From Alphaproteobacteria bacterium (GTDB lineage: Bacteria; Pseudomonadota; Alphaproteobacteria; SHNJ01), in assembly GCA_004295055.1 (NCBI GenBank), contig SHNJ01000007.1:73081-137080 (forward strand): a stretch of 64,000 bases of DNA, read 5' to 3'. Shown here piece after piece: positions 28,255 to 37,360 of this stretch. The notes beneath the pieces were generated by a model. That model searched no databases, was not told where the DNA came from, and was given only the letters and a program-made list of their open reading frames with translations. Made by a program: the position numbers and the translations under genes. Position 1 is the stretch's first letter, and each line of letters opens with the position of its first letter.

Positions 28255-31200
28255 TTGGCCTTATTCATGCTGCGTTTTCTTAGAGTATCGATTTTATTTT
28301 TGGGAATTTTGCTGGCGCCATTTTTGGCGCATGCGGCCGATGTGTCCGCGTCTATGCAAAACGACACGGCAACTATTCAGTTCGATTTGGATCAGGACTC
28401 AGGCTATACCGCAAAATTGGCGGGGGGGTCGCTGATCGTTAGGTTCGAGCAGCCGCAAAATATAGAACCGCGTAAAATAAAGCCGGCCTTAAAAGCGTTA
28501 GTTAGCGAGGCAATCTTAAGCGGCGATAAAAAAACCTTGATTGTCGGGCTTACTCATCCGGTTGCGGTTTTGGATGAAAAGGTAGGAAAAACAATCACTA
28601 TTACCCTCTTGCCGCCGTCGGCTGCCGCCACAATGGGAGATGGAAAAAAACCGGCGAAGCCTCCAAAGCCGGTTTTATCGGCAGGCACAGTTAAAATTCG
28701 TGCGGCCCGTCACCCGGATTTTTATCGCACCGTTTATGAATGGCCGGAGAAGGTGGGATATCATTTAGAAGAGCAAGGTCGCCACGCCACTGTGGAGTTC
28801 GAGGCGATTGTTCCAATCCCATCGCAGGAATTGAATAAAATCAAAATACCCGACTGCGAAATGGCATCGCCGATTGTATCAACCACCACGACGAAAATTC
28901 AATTTGAATGCAAGGATTCAATTTCCATCCGGCATTATGCCAAAGAAACGACGGTTGTCCTGGATTTTGCTATGCCGCCACCCGCCGCGCCGGTAAAAAA
29001 GCCGGAAGCCGCGGCTGAACCTGCTCCAGAAGCACAAAAGGCCGAAGCTAAACCTGTTGAACCGCCAAAGCCGGAAGTGCCAGTCGATCCTAAGGAAGAA
29101 GCCAAATTTGCTTTGCCTAGTGTGGATTTGAATCCTCAGGCTGAAGTTACGCCGCCACCGGAACAGGTGCCGCCGCCTTTGGTAGAAGAAGTGCCCGATG
29201 ACCCGCTGGAAGTACAGAATGTGGAATTGGTGGCCAGCAAAACCAGCACGGTATTAAGTTTCAAGGCTGTATGGCCAAAATCGGTGGGCGTGTCCATTTT
29301 CAAACGCGCTGGATTCGCGTGGATGGTGTTTGACCGCCCAGCGACTATCACGATGAATCCCGAAACGCAGTCTGTGTTGAACATTATCGGGGGCATGGAA
29401 ATTGTCAAAGGGCCAACATCTACCGCCTTGCGTATCCATACCGTTACGGGCTTGGAACCGACTGTACAGGCCTCGCCAGACCGGAAGATATGGCAAATTG
29501 ACTATAAATCACAAAAAATCCGCCCAGCCGTAACTATTCCGGCTGAGTATAAAGAGTTTGCCGACAGGCAATTTGGATTGTACCTGACCGTTCCAAGTTC
29601 CGGCCGGGTTATGCAATTGACCGATCCAGAAGTTGGCGATCAAATTATTGTTGCAACGGTAAATATTCCTGGCCGGGGCGTGAATGGCGAACGCAATTTC
29701 AGCGAATTTGCCCTGTTGCCGTCCGCCCAAGGCATTGCCGTGGTGCCTAAAGTATCGGATATAGAAATCCGTCCGGATTTCGATGGATTTATGGTTGTTA
29801 AAAAATCTGGTGTATTATTGTTGGCGCAAAATAAGCCGGTCGAAGTAACCGATCCTAACAAAGCCAATCAAAAAGACGTTTATGGTCCGTGGGTAAATGA
29901 AGGGCCGCCAAGCAATCCTGCGATTTTAAAATATGCGGAATGGCGTGGCGATCCAAAAAAAGGCTTTTTTGATAAAGAGCAGGATTTGCTTGCTGAATTA
30001 GGCAAGTTTAAGCCCGAAGAACGCTTAGACAGGCGAATGGATTTGGCTAAATTATATTACAGCTATGGCTGGATGGCCGAAGCCATCGCGGTATTGAATG
30101 TCAATGCGCAGTGGGATGAAACTTTGGCTCGTGGCGCGGAATTTCTAGCTATTCGCGGATCGGCTTATATTATTGAACAAAATTACAAGCAAGCCACCGA
30201 AGATTTAAAAGATCAAAGATTTGACGAACAGCCGGATATTGCTACTTGGCGCGCGGTATTGGCGGTGCAACAAAATGATTGGGCGGCGTCGGATCAATAT
30301 TTTACCATGTCAGATGAACCGAATGATGCGCCGCCGGCCAACGCCAAGAAAATGATCGGTCTTGCGCAAATTGAATCTGAAATTAATAACAATCATTTAG
30401 ATCAGGCCAAAACTATTATTGATCGCCTGGATAAAGATGCTGAATTGGTGAAAATGCACGATATTCTGAATTACTGGCGGGGCGAGATCGCAATGCGCGA
30501 AACCAAGCCAGAAGAGGCGGTTAAATTATGGGAAGGCGTCGTTAAAAATGAAGAACCATATGCCCGTCCTCGTGCGGAATTTGCGCTGATTAAATATGGG
30601 GAGTCGACGGGCGAGTTAAAACGTGAAGATATTATCGCGCGTTTGGAACGGCTGCGTTTTGCCTGGCGAGGCGATAAATTTGAATTCAATGTCTTGCAGA
30701 TGCTGGGCCGGATGCAGATCGAAGACGGTCTTTATCGCGAAGGCTTGTTCACATTGCGCCGGGCGGTCACCAATTACGCCGATCAGCCTTATGTGGTCGA
30801 ACTGACGGATATGATGACCGATACCTTCAAGAAACTGTTTATGGAAGGCGCCGCCGATAACATGCCGCCGTTGACCGCGCTGGGGCTGTTCGATGAATTT
30901 CGCGATTTGACCCCAACTGGCCCCGATGGCGATAAAATTATTCAGCGTCTGGTTGATCGCTTAATTGCTGTCGATTTGTTGGAACGTGCGGCTGATTTGC
31001 TTTCGCACCAGGTCAATTATCGCTTGCAAGGCGAAGACAAGGCACGGGTAGGGGCCAAGTTAGCTTTTGTCTATATTGCCGACCGGAAGCCAGTAGAGGC
31101 AGTCAAAGCCTTGGATCTAAGCAACGCACCGCAAATTCCAGCGGAATTGGCTGCAGAGCGCCGTTTACTGAAGGCGCGCGCGTTGTTTGATCAAAATAAA

Positions 31201-31671
31201 CCGCAAGAAGCATTGGATTTGATCGCGGCCGAGAAAAGCCGGGAGGCCGACATGCTGCGCACGGATATATACTGGCGGATGCGCAATTGGGGCATGGTGG
31301 CTGAAAAATTGAATCGGTTGATTGTGGAATCTCTGGACGATGAAGAAAAACAGCGTCAACAATCGGATCAGCCAGCACCTGCCGAGCCGGCTAAATTATC
31401 TCCACAGGTCGCCCAGTGGGTCTTGAACTTGGCGATCGCGGCGGCGCTGGACGGCGATGACGATGCCTTGAAGCACATCAAACGCAGCTATTGGGCTAGA
31501 ATGAAAACCTTGCCACAATTTGAGGCGTTTGAAATTATTACCAGTGTGGACGCGAACGAACCGCTCAGCCTGGCCGAATTGACCGGCAAGCTGGATGAAG
31601 CGGTAAAATATGAAAACTTCATGACCTTCTATAAAGAGAAGATCAAAAAAGGCACTTTCGCAATTAATTAG
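28255..31671 (+). CDS. Large secreted protein (1138 aa): signal peptide, Pro/Ala/Glu/Lys-rich linker, beta-rich middle, C-terminal TPR-like helical repeats; candidate periplasmic flagellar scaffold
   Basis: Sec signal MALFMLRFLRVSILFLGILLAPFLAHA; Pro-rich PPPAAPVKKPEAAAEPAPEAQK...; C-terminal 500 aa with repeated helical hairpins; embedded between cheY and fliP. Confidence 0.6.
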   Translation: MALFMLRFLRVSILFLGILLAPFLAHAADVSASMQNDTATIQFDLDQDSGYTAKLAGGSLIVRFEQPQNIEPRKIKPALKALVSEAILSGDKKTLIVGLTHPVAVLDEKVGKTITITLLPPSAAATMGDGKKPAKPPKPVLSAGTVKIRAARHPDFYRTVYEWPEKVGYHLEEQGRHATVEFEAIVPIPSQELNKIKIPDCEMASPIVSTTTTKIQFECKDSISIRHYAKETTVVLDFAMPPPAAPVKKPEAAAEPAPEAQKAEAKPVEPPKPEVPVDPKEEAKFALPSVDLNPQAEVTPPPEQVPPPLVEEVPDDPLEVQNVELVASKTSTVLSFKAVWPKSVGVSIFKRAGFAWMVFDRPATITMNPETQSVLNIIGGMEIVKGPTSTALRIHTVTGLEPTVQASPDRKIWQIDYKSQKIRPAVTIPAEYKEFADRQFGLYLTVPSSGRVMQLTDPEVGDQIIVATVNIPGRGVNGERNFSEFALLPSAQGIAVVPKVSDIEIRPDFDGFMVVKKSGVLLLAQNKPVEVTDPNKANQKDVYGPWVNEGPPSNPAILKYAEWRGDPKKGFFDKEQDLLAELGKFKPEERLDRRMDLAKLYYSYGWMAEAIAVLNVNAQWDETLARGAEFLAIRGSAYIIEQNYKQATEDLKDQRFDEQPDIATWRAVLAVQQNDWAASDQYFTMSDEPNDAPPANAKKMIGLAQIESEINNNHLDQAKTIIDRLDKDAELVKMHDILNYWRGEIAMRETKPEEAVKLWEGVVKNEEPYARPRAEFALIKYGESTGELKREDIIARLERLRFAWRGDKFEFNVLQMLGRMQIEDGLYREGLFTLRRAVTNYADQPYVVELTDMMTDTFKKLFMEGAADNMPPLTALGLFDEFRDLTPTGPDGDKIIQRLVDRLIAVDLLERAADLLSHQVNYRLQGEDKARVGAKLAFVYIADRKPVEAVKALDLSNAPQIPAELAAERRLLKARALFDQNKPQEALDLIAAEKSREADMLRTDIYWRMRNWGMVAEKLNRLIVESLDDEEKQRQQSDQPAPAEPAKLSPQVAQWVLNLAIAAALDGDDDALKHIKRSYWARMKTLPQFEAFEIITSVDANEPLSLAELTGKLDEAVKYENFMTFYKEKIKKGTFAIN

Positions 31672-31676
31672 TGGTG

Positions 31677-32426
31677 TTATCCGCCGGTTCCATAACTCTG
31701 CACCAAGCTTCCGGCGATTAGATACCAGCCATCGACAAGCACAAAGAAAATCAATTTAAAGGGCAGGGCGATCATTGCCGGGGGTAACATCATCATACCC
31801 ATGGACATCAGGATCGATGCAACCACCATATCGATAATCAAAAACGGCAGGAATATTAAAAAGCCAATTTCAAAGGCGCGGCGCAATTCGCTAATCATAA
31901 AGGCCGGAATAACGGCTTGTATTGGTGTTTTGTCAACTTCAACGGCTGGATCGATTTTAGCCATTTCACGGAATAACCCTAAATCCTTGTCGCGCGTATG
32001 TTCCAGCATAAAAGTTTTAAATGGTTCCACGCCACGGCTAAATGCTTCCATTTCATTAATCTGCTCGTTGATCAATGGTTCAATGCCCACGCGATACGAT
32101 TCTTCGAATACCGGCATCATGATAAATAAAGTTAGGAACAAGGCTAAACTGATCAGTACCGAATTTGGCGGGGTTTGCTGAACGCCTAGGGCGCTTCGCA
32201 ATAAGGACAATACGACGATAATTCTGGTAAAAGATGTCACCATCACCAATATCGATGGCGCCAAACTTAGAACGCTGATGAGCGCTAGGAACTGTAAAAT
32301 CCGGCTGGTGGCGGAACCGCCGCCTTCGCCCATATCCAAATTTAATGTTTGTGCCAGGGCCGGTGAGGCAAGTACAAAACTGGCAATCGTAAAACCTAAT
32401 ATTGTCAGAATATGTTTTATTTTCAT
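31677..32426 (-). CDS. fliP: Flagellar export apparatus protein FliP
   Basis: Full-length FliP pattern (signal peptide, FTRIIVVLSLLR, GFLIFLPFLIIDMVVASILMSMGMMM). Confidence 0.92.
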   Translation of the reverse strand: MKIKHILTILGFTIASFVLASPALAQTLNLDMGEGGGSATSRILQFLALISVLSLAPSILVMVTSFTRIIVVLSLLRSALGVQQTPPNSVLISLALFLTLFIMMPVFEESYRVGIEPLINEQINEMEAFSRGVEPFKTFMLEHTRDKDLGLFREMAKIDPAVEVDKTPIQAVIPAFMISELRRAFEIGFLIFLPFLIIDMVVASILMSMGMMMLPPAMIALPFKLIFFVLVDGWYLIAGSLVQSYGTGG

Positions 32427-32725
32427 GCGGTCTTCCTAATATCTTGGGAATTAGCGGCATCCGGCGCGGCAGGGCGGCTGGAAATCAGGCAATCATGGCC
32501 TTGGCCGGTCAGAATCAGATGCTCGGTGTCATCGTGGCGAATTAAAAATAGTTTCTTTTTGTGATCAATCGGCATGATTTCCAGAACTCTGATCCGTCGT
32601 TTATGTTGTGGCATCATTGCGGGTCCAATACCGCCATATTTACGCAGCAAGTAGGCGCAAAGACCCAGTATCGCAAGAACGAATACCAAGGATGCCACAA
32701 ATTTAACGTAAACCACGCCTTCCAT
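32423..32725 (-). CDS. fliO: Flagellar export protein FliO
   Basis: Small single-TM protein immediately upstream of and overlapping fliP. Confidence 0.7.
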   Translation of the reverse strand: MEGVVYVKFVASLVFVLAILGLCAYLLRKYGGIGPAMMPQHKRRIRVLEIMPIDHKKKLFLIRHDDTEHLILTGQGHDCLISSRPAAPDAANSQDIRKTA

Positions 32726-33003
32726 TAATCCTCGCCGGTTGTATTTTTGATGTTGGATGCTTTGTTGTAAGCATGAACCGCTTGGCGGTTTGGATTCAGT
32801 TGCTTGATTTGTTCCATCAATTCGCCATGCCGCGATTTCATTTCCTCGTAATACTTGTCCATATCATCCAAAAGGGCCATTAAATGCGGCTGTACGGTTT
32901 TGCGATCGTTGGCCGGCAGTTTCTGAATCAACCCGCAGACGTCTTTGACGCGCATTTCGACATTGTTCAATTCCATAATTTGTCCGGCCTTCAGCATGCC
33001 CAT
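32725..33003 (-). CDS. Hypothetical small coiled-coil protein in flagellar operon (start chosen at the internal ATG to avoid overlapping the flhB-like gene)
   Basis: ORF between the flhB C-domain paralog and fliO; the longer ORF-track version (to 33129) would overlap the upstream gene by more than 90 nt. Confidence 0.3.
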   Translation of the reverse strand: MGMLKAGQIMELNNVEMRVKDVCGLIQKLPANDRKTVQPHLMALLDDMDKYYEEMKSRHGELMEQIKQLNPNRQAVHAYNKASNIKNTTGED

Positions 33004-33037
33004 CGCGCCGAGCACACTGTTTTTGATGGAATTGACT

Positions 33038-33376
33038 TCATCGATTATCTGTGGAAGGTTTTTCATTCTTTTTCTCCCAAGGCGGGACGATTCCATTCGC
33101 ACGGTACACATAGGACAGGATTTCCGCAACTGCGGCGAAGACTTCGACCGGAATTTCTAAATCCACCTCTAGCGCCGACAGCACTTCGGCCAAATCCGGG
33201 TCTTGGCGAACTTTGATATTGTTTCTGAAGGCTAGTTCCAGAATTTTCTCAGCTATTTTGCCACGTCCTGTTGCCGTAATGCGGGGAATCGCATCGGTCT
33301 CAAGGTCATGTTGCAATGCTACGGCGACTTTTTGTTTCAGTTTACGCCGTTTAGCTTTTTTTTCAGATTCCGCCAT
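33038..33376 (-). CDS. FlhB C-terminal-domain paralog (EscU/YscU/FlhB cytoplasmic domain-like small protein)
   Basis: KVAVALQHD...PRITATGRGKIAEKILELAFRNNIKVRQDPDLAEVLSALEVDLEIPVEVFAAVAEILSYVY resembles the FlhB C-domain around and after the NPTH site. Confidence 0.7.
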   Translation of the reverse strand: MAESEKKAKRRKLKQKVAVALQHDLETDAIPRITATGRGKIAEKILELAFRNNIKVRQDPDLAEVLSALEVDLEIPVEVFAAVAEILSYVYRANGIVPPWEKKNEKPSTDNR

Positions 33377-33648
33377 TATACTTTTGGATCAGGCTTTGGC
33401 TTGGCCAAGGCCTGGGTAGCGGATGGTGCGGTACCGGCTTTGATCAGGTTGGCGGCAAAGTCACCGGCTGCTGCTGCTGCTTTATTTTCTTCCTGAATCC
33501 GGTCATATAATTCCCGGCGCAGGACGCTAGCCGATTGGGGAAAGGTAAAGCCTAATTTGATGGATTTGCCACGAATTTCGACCACGGTAACCTCGATATT
33601 GTCATTGATTACAACGGATTCGCCTACCTTGCGAGTTAAGTAAAGCAT
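33376..33648 (-). CDS. csrA: Carbon storage regulator CsrA with C-terminal extension
   Basis: MLYLTRKVGESVVINDNIEVTVVEIRGKSIKLGFTFPQSASVLRRELY is a near-canonical CsrA; a 35-aa Ala-rich tail follows. Confidence 0.88.
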   Translation of the reverse strand: MLYLTRKVGESVVINDNIEVTVVEIRGKSIKLGFTFPQSASVLRRELYDRIQEENKAAAAAGDFAANLIKAGTAPSATQALAKPKPDPKV

Positions 33649-33722
33649 TGATATACCTATGAAAAATTATCTACCTGAACTTATGTCACATATTAGCGCC
33701 TTTTAGGGGGGTGGGTAAAGCT

Positions 33723-33738
33723 TTAACCGGTCCTTAAC
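33723..33738 (+). promoter_or_regulatory. Candidate CtrA box TTAA-N7-TTAAC upstream of flgB
   Basis: TTAACCGGTCCTTAAC about 95 nt upstream of the flgB ATG in the csrA/flgB divergent region. Confidence 0.4.
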
Positions 33739-33830
33739 CCTAATAAGTTATAACTAAAGGTACGCCTGGAATAGGTATTTGGGGGGAACCAAGTGCCATT
33801 TCAGGGGGATTAGATAAAAACAAATTATAA

Positions 33831-34244
33831 ATGTTGGCACAAATGGACTCTAAACAACCCGAGCTTTTCACGGCTTTACAATCCCAAATGAAGTGGGCTG
33901 CTGCGCGTCAAAGTTTGATCGCGGGCAATATCGCTCATGCCAACACACCCGGATTTCAACCAAAAGACTTAAAGCCACTCGACTTTCGTAGTGTCTTAAA
34001 AGCAACACAAAGTCCTTCGCTGGCTGTTACCAACCCAAAACATATCTCGCCGGTAAGAGCGGAAGGGCCATTTGAAAAGCATCGTTTATCGTATGAAACA
34101 TCGTTAAGCCATAATGGCGTTGATGTAGAAGAACAAGCATTACTATCTGCCAAGACAAAAGACATGCACACGGAAGCCGCGAATATTTACAGCAAATATT
34201 CCGGCATGTTTCGTTTAGTCATTGGCCGTGGCGGCGGATTATAG
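33831..34244 (+). CDS. flgB: Flagellar basal-body rod protein FlgB
   Basis: Rod N-terminal motif (IAGNIAHANTPGF) and size. Confidence 0.88.
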   Translation: MLAQMDSKQPELFTALQSQMKWAAARQSLIAGNIAHANTPGFQPKDLKPLDFRSVLKATQSPSLAVTNPKHISPVRAEGPFEKHRLSYETSLSHNGVDVEEQALLSAKTKDMHTEAANIYSKYSGMFRLVIGRGGGL

Positions 34245-34257
34245 GTAAAGGTGAATT

Positions 34258-34665
34258 ATGGATTTAAGCAAGGCAATGGACATTTCCGCATCCGGTTTAC
34301 GGGCCCAAGGCGCCCGTATTAAGGTGATATCGGAAAATATGGCGAACTCGGAATCCGGTCCATCGCGTCCGGGCGGAGAGCCGTATAAACGCAAAACTAT
34401 TTCATTCAAGGCGCAAGTAGATAAGGCCAGTGGCGCTGAGATGGTAAAGGTTTCCGGTTACGGTCAAGATAAAACACCGCCAAGAATGAAATTCGATCCG
34501 GCCAATCCTATGGCGGATCCAGATGGGTATGTGCCGATGCCCAATATTAATCCCGTTATTGAAATGACCGATATGCGCGAAGCGCAGCGCAGTTACGAAG
34601 CGAATTTAAGCATGATAGAGACATCGCGCAGCATGATTCGGTCGACTTTGGATTTATTGAAATAA
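34258..34665 (+). CDS. flgC: Flagellar basal-body rod protein FlgC
   Basis: MDISASGLRAQGARIKVISENMANSES and C-terminal VEMTDMREAQRSYEANL. Confidence 0.92.
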   Translation: MDLSKAMDISASGLRAQGARIKVISENMANSESGPSRPGGEPYKRKTISFKAQVDKASGAEMVKVSGYGQDKTPPRMKFDPANPMADPDGYVPMPNINPVIEMTDMREAQRSYEANLSMIETSRSMIRSTLDLLK

Positions 34666-34695
34666 GATAGATAGAGTTGAACAGGGAGAAGAATA

Positions 34696-35004
34696 ATGGA
34701 CGCCAGATTTACAAACGCTACCGCCGCTTATGGCAAATCGCCAATGATGGGCGGTTCTGGACTGGAAGCGCGCGATTCCGGCGCTGGCAACAGTTTTGCC
34801 AATACATTGCAAAATATGATTGGCGACAGTTTGAACTCTGTCCGCCAGGCTGAAACAACGACTATGGCCGGATTGACTGGCAATGTTGACCTAACCGATG
34901 TGGTTACAGCAATCAGTAAAGCCGAATTGACTTTGCAAGCCGTTGTCGCCGTGCGCGATAAAGTTATTACCGGTTATCAAGAAATTATGCGTATGCCTAT
35001 TTAA
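34696..35004 (+). CDS. fliE: Flagellar hook-basal body protein FliE
   Basis: FliE C-terminal motif (LTDVVTAISKAELTLQAVVAVRDKVITGYQEIMRM). Confidence 0.88.
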   Translation: MDARFTNATAAYGKSPMMGGSGLEARDSGAGNSFANTLQNMIGDSLNSVRQAETTTMAGLTGNVDLTDVVTAISKAELTLQAVVAVRDKVITGYQEIMRMPI

Positions 35005-35136
35005 TAGGGAATAGGGGTGGCGTAAAGGCTGGCAGGGCTGCAAGTTTATGGCCCCACTGCATCAAGTGTTTACCCCTTTTCCTTTATTATAATAATTTCC
35101 CTATACCCTGTACCATAAACCCTATACCCTGGCCGC

Positions 35137-35403
35137 ATGGAACAATCAGAATTTATCAGTATCTGCCGAGAGGCAATTTGGGTGATGATGAAAGTCGGCG
35201 GACCGATGATGTTGATCGCCTTGATCGTCGGTCTTACCATTTCTTTGGTTCAAGCATTAACGCAAATTCAGGAAACGACTTTATCGTTCGTTCCCAAAAT
35301 CATCTGCATTTTCATGGGTATGATTTTGTTTCTGCCGTTTATGCTGAATTCGCTCACCGCTTTTACTCACGAGATATTCGATAAGATTATCACAATCGAT
35401 TAG
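35137..35403 (+). CDS. fliQ: Flagellar export apparatus protein FliQ
   Basis: 88-aa two-TM protein with the FliQ pattern (AIWVMMKVGGPMMLIALIVGLTISLVQALTQIQE). Confidence 0.92.
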   Translation: MEQSEFISICREAIWVMMKVGGPMMLIALIVGLTISLVQALTQIQETTLSFVPKIICIFMGMILFLPFMLNSLTAFTHEIFDKIITID

Positions 35404-35413
35404 CAGGTAAGCC

Positions 35414-36187
35414 GTGCCGCAAATCGCGCAATTGTTAGTACCGGAATTGCTGTTTGCTTTTTTGTTGGTGCTGACGCGCCTTGGCGGCGTATTTTTAATG
35501 TTGCCTGGATTTGGCGAAGTTTTTATCAGTCCCCGTATACGCATATGTTTGGCGGTTCTGGTCAGTTTTACCATGTTTCCGCTTGTTAGGGATGGATTGC
35601 CCCCGTTGCCGCCGGATGTTTATGGCCTTGTTATGCTGGTCGCTCACGAAGCCTTGATTGGGCTTTTTATAGGCGTTTTTTCCAGGATTGTTTTGTCCTG
35701 CCTCGAAGTGGGGGGTATGATTATTTCCACCCAGATGGGTATTTCCGCCGCCGTCATGTTTAACCCAGTATTGGCGACCCAAGGGTCTTTAATCAGCGTT
35801 TTCCTGACGCTGGCTGGAATCGAAATGATGTTTTTAACCGATTTGCATCATTTATTTTTTCATGCCATGCAGGATAGTTATCAAATTTTTCCAGCAACGG
35901 GCGCATTGCCGCTGGAAGACATGTCACAGACCTTTAGCCAGATTGTAAGTAAATCCTTTAAAATCGCCGTACAATTATCCGCGCCATTTTTGGTGCTCGG
36001 CGTTGTATTTTTCGTCGGCATGGGGCTGCTGGCGCGATTGATGCCGCAAATGCAGGTGTTTTTTATTGCGATGCCGCTGCAAATTTTGTTGGGTTTGCTT
36101 TTAGTTTCAATTAGTTTTTCTGCAATGTTAATTCTTTATCTTGACTTCTTTAACGAATCGCTGACCCCATTTTTGGTGCCAAGGTAA
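35414..36187 (+). CDS. fliR: Flagellar export apparatus protein FliR
   Basis: Multi-TM FliR pattern directly after fliQ. Confidence 0.9.
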   Translation: MPQIAQLLVPELLFAFLLVLTRLGGVFLMLPGFGEVFISPRIRICLAVLVSFTMFPLVRDGLPPLPPDVYGLVMLVAHEALIGLFIGVFSRIVLSCLEVGGMIISTQMGISAAVMFNPVLATQGSLISVFLTLAGIEMMFLTDLHHLFFHAMQDSYQIFPATGALPLEDMSQTFSQIVSKSFKIAVQLSAPFLVLGVVFFVGMGLLARLMPQMQVFFIAMPLQILLGLLLVSISFSAMLILYLDFFNESLTPFLVPR

Positions 36188-36191
36188 GAAA

Positions 36192-37259
36192 ATGGCCGAA
36201 GAATCAGACGATTCCGATAAAACCGAAGAACCCAGTCAACGAAAGCTAGACGAGGCGAGACAGCACGGCCAGGTTCCACAATCCCGTGAAATTACCCATT
36301 GGTTTATGATCATGGCGGCTGGCGTTACTGTGCTGATGTTTGGTCCAAGCTTTGCTCATGGGCTGTATACGGATCTTGTTGGGCTTTGGGAGCATCCGCA
36401 GGATCTGGTATTTAATCAAAACAATATCGGAGATTTGCTGACAGATCTTGTTTTGAAAGTAATGTTCGTAATGCTGTTGCCATTGTTATTGTTGGTGGCG
36501 GCGGCGTTTTTGGGACATGTTTTACAATACGGATTGCTATTTGCGCCTGACCATATTCAACCCAAACTGGAACGCATTTCCTTGATGAAAGGATTTGAAC
36601 GTATTTTTTCCATGCGGTCGGTGGTCGAACTGGTAAAGGGAATTGTCAAAATAGCTATTGTGGGCGGTGTAATTTATATGATTATTCGTCCGATGTTCGA
36701 CCAGGCGCCATCTTTTATTACGTACGATATGCCGGATTTGTTGAAGGCCGTTTATCAGCTGACCGGCAAAGTGCTGATGGTGGTGGTTGCAGTACTAACC
36801 GGAATTGCGGTGGTCGACTGGCTTTATCAGCGCCTGACTTTCATGCAGAAAATGCGCATGAGCAAGCAAGAATTAAAAGACGAGTATAAGCAGTCGGAAG
36901 GCGATCCGATGATAAAACAACGCATCAGGCAGATTCGCGCAGACCGGGCGCGTAAGCGCATGATGGCGGCAGTGCCCAAGTCGACGGTGGTCGTCACCAA
37001 CCCAACCCACTACGCAGTGGCGTTATTATACGAAGGCGAAAAAATGCATGCCCCGCGCGTAGTAGCCAAGGGGGTGGATACAATCGCTCTGCGTATTCGC
37101 GCGATCGCCGAGGAAAACAAAGTGCCCATCATGGAAAATCCTCCTTTGGCCAGGTCTTTATACGCTTCCGTTGATGTAGACGAGGATATACCGGTAGAAC
37201 ATTACAAAGCGGTAGCGGAAGTCATTACCTTCGTTATGAAATTCAAGAAAAGGAAATAG
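36192..37259 (+). CDS. flhB: Flagellar export apparatus protein FlhB
   Basis: Full-length FlhB including the NPTH autocleavage site (VVTNPTHYAVAL). Confidence 0.92.
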   Translation: MAEESDDSDKTEEPSQRKLDEARQHGQVPQSREITHWFMIMAAGVTVLMFGPSFAHGLYTDLVGLWEHPQDLVFNQNNIGDLLTDLVLKVMFVMLLPLLLLVAAAFLGHVLQYGLLFAPDHIQPKLERISLMKGFERIFSMRSVVELVKGIVKIAIVGGVIYMIIRPMFDQAPSFITYDMPDLLKAVYQLTGKVLMVVVAVLTGIAVVDWLYQRLTFMQKMRMSKQELKDEYKQSEGDPMIKQRIRQIRADRARKRMMAAVPKSTVVVTNPTHYAVALLYEGEKMHAPRVVAKGVDTIALRIRAIAEENKVPIMENPPLARSLYASVDVDEDIPVEHYKAVAEVITFVMKFKKRK

Positions 37260-37360
37260 GGAAGAGTCCAAGCCGGTTTTGTGCAGAAAAATGACTAATT
37301 CTGACATACTGCCCACAATGTCCAATTCTTGCTTGCTTTGCCTTATGTAACAACATATCT

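Noticed and set aside
33790-33830. TGGCAC hexamers near the flgB start (TTGGCACAAATGG) and its reverse GTGCCA at 33797
   Set aside because: No appropriately spaced TTGC -12 element in either orientation; one copy overlaps the flgB start codon itself.
35040-35075. sigma54-like string TGGCAGGGCTGCAAG upstream of fliQ
   Set aside because: The GG and GC elements are spaced 3 nt too close for a -24/-12 promoter, so it is probably a chance resemblance.
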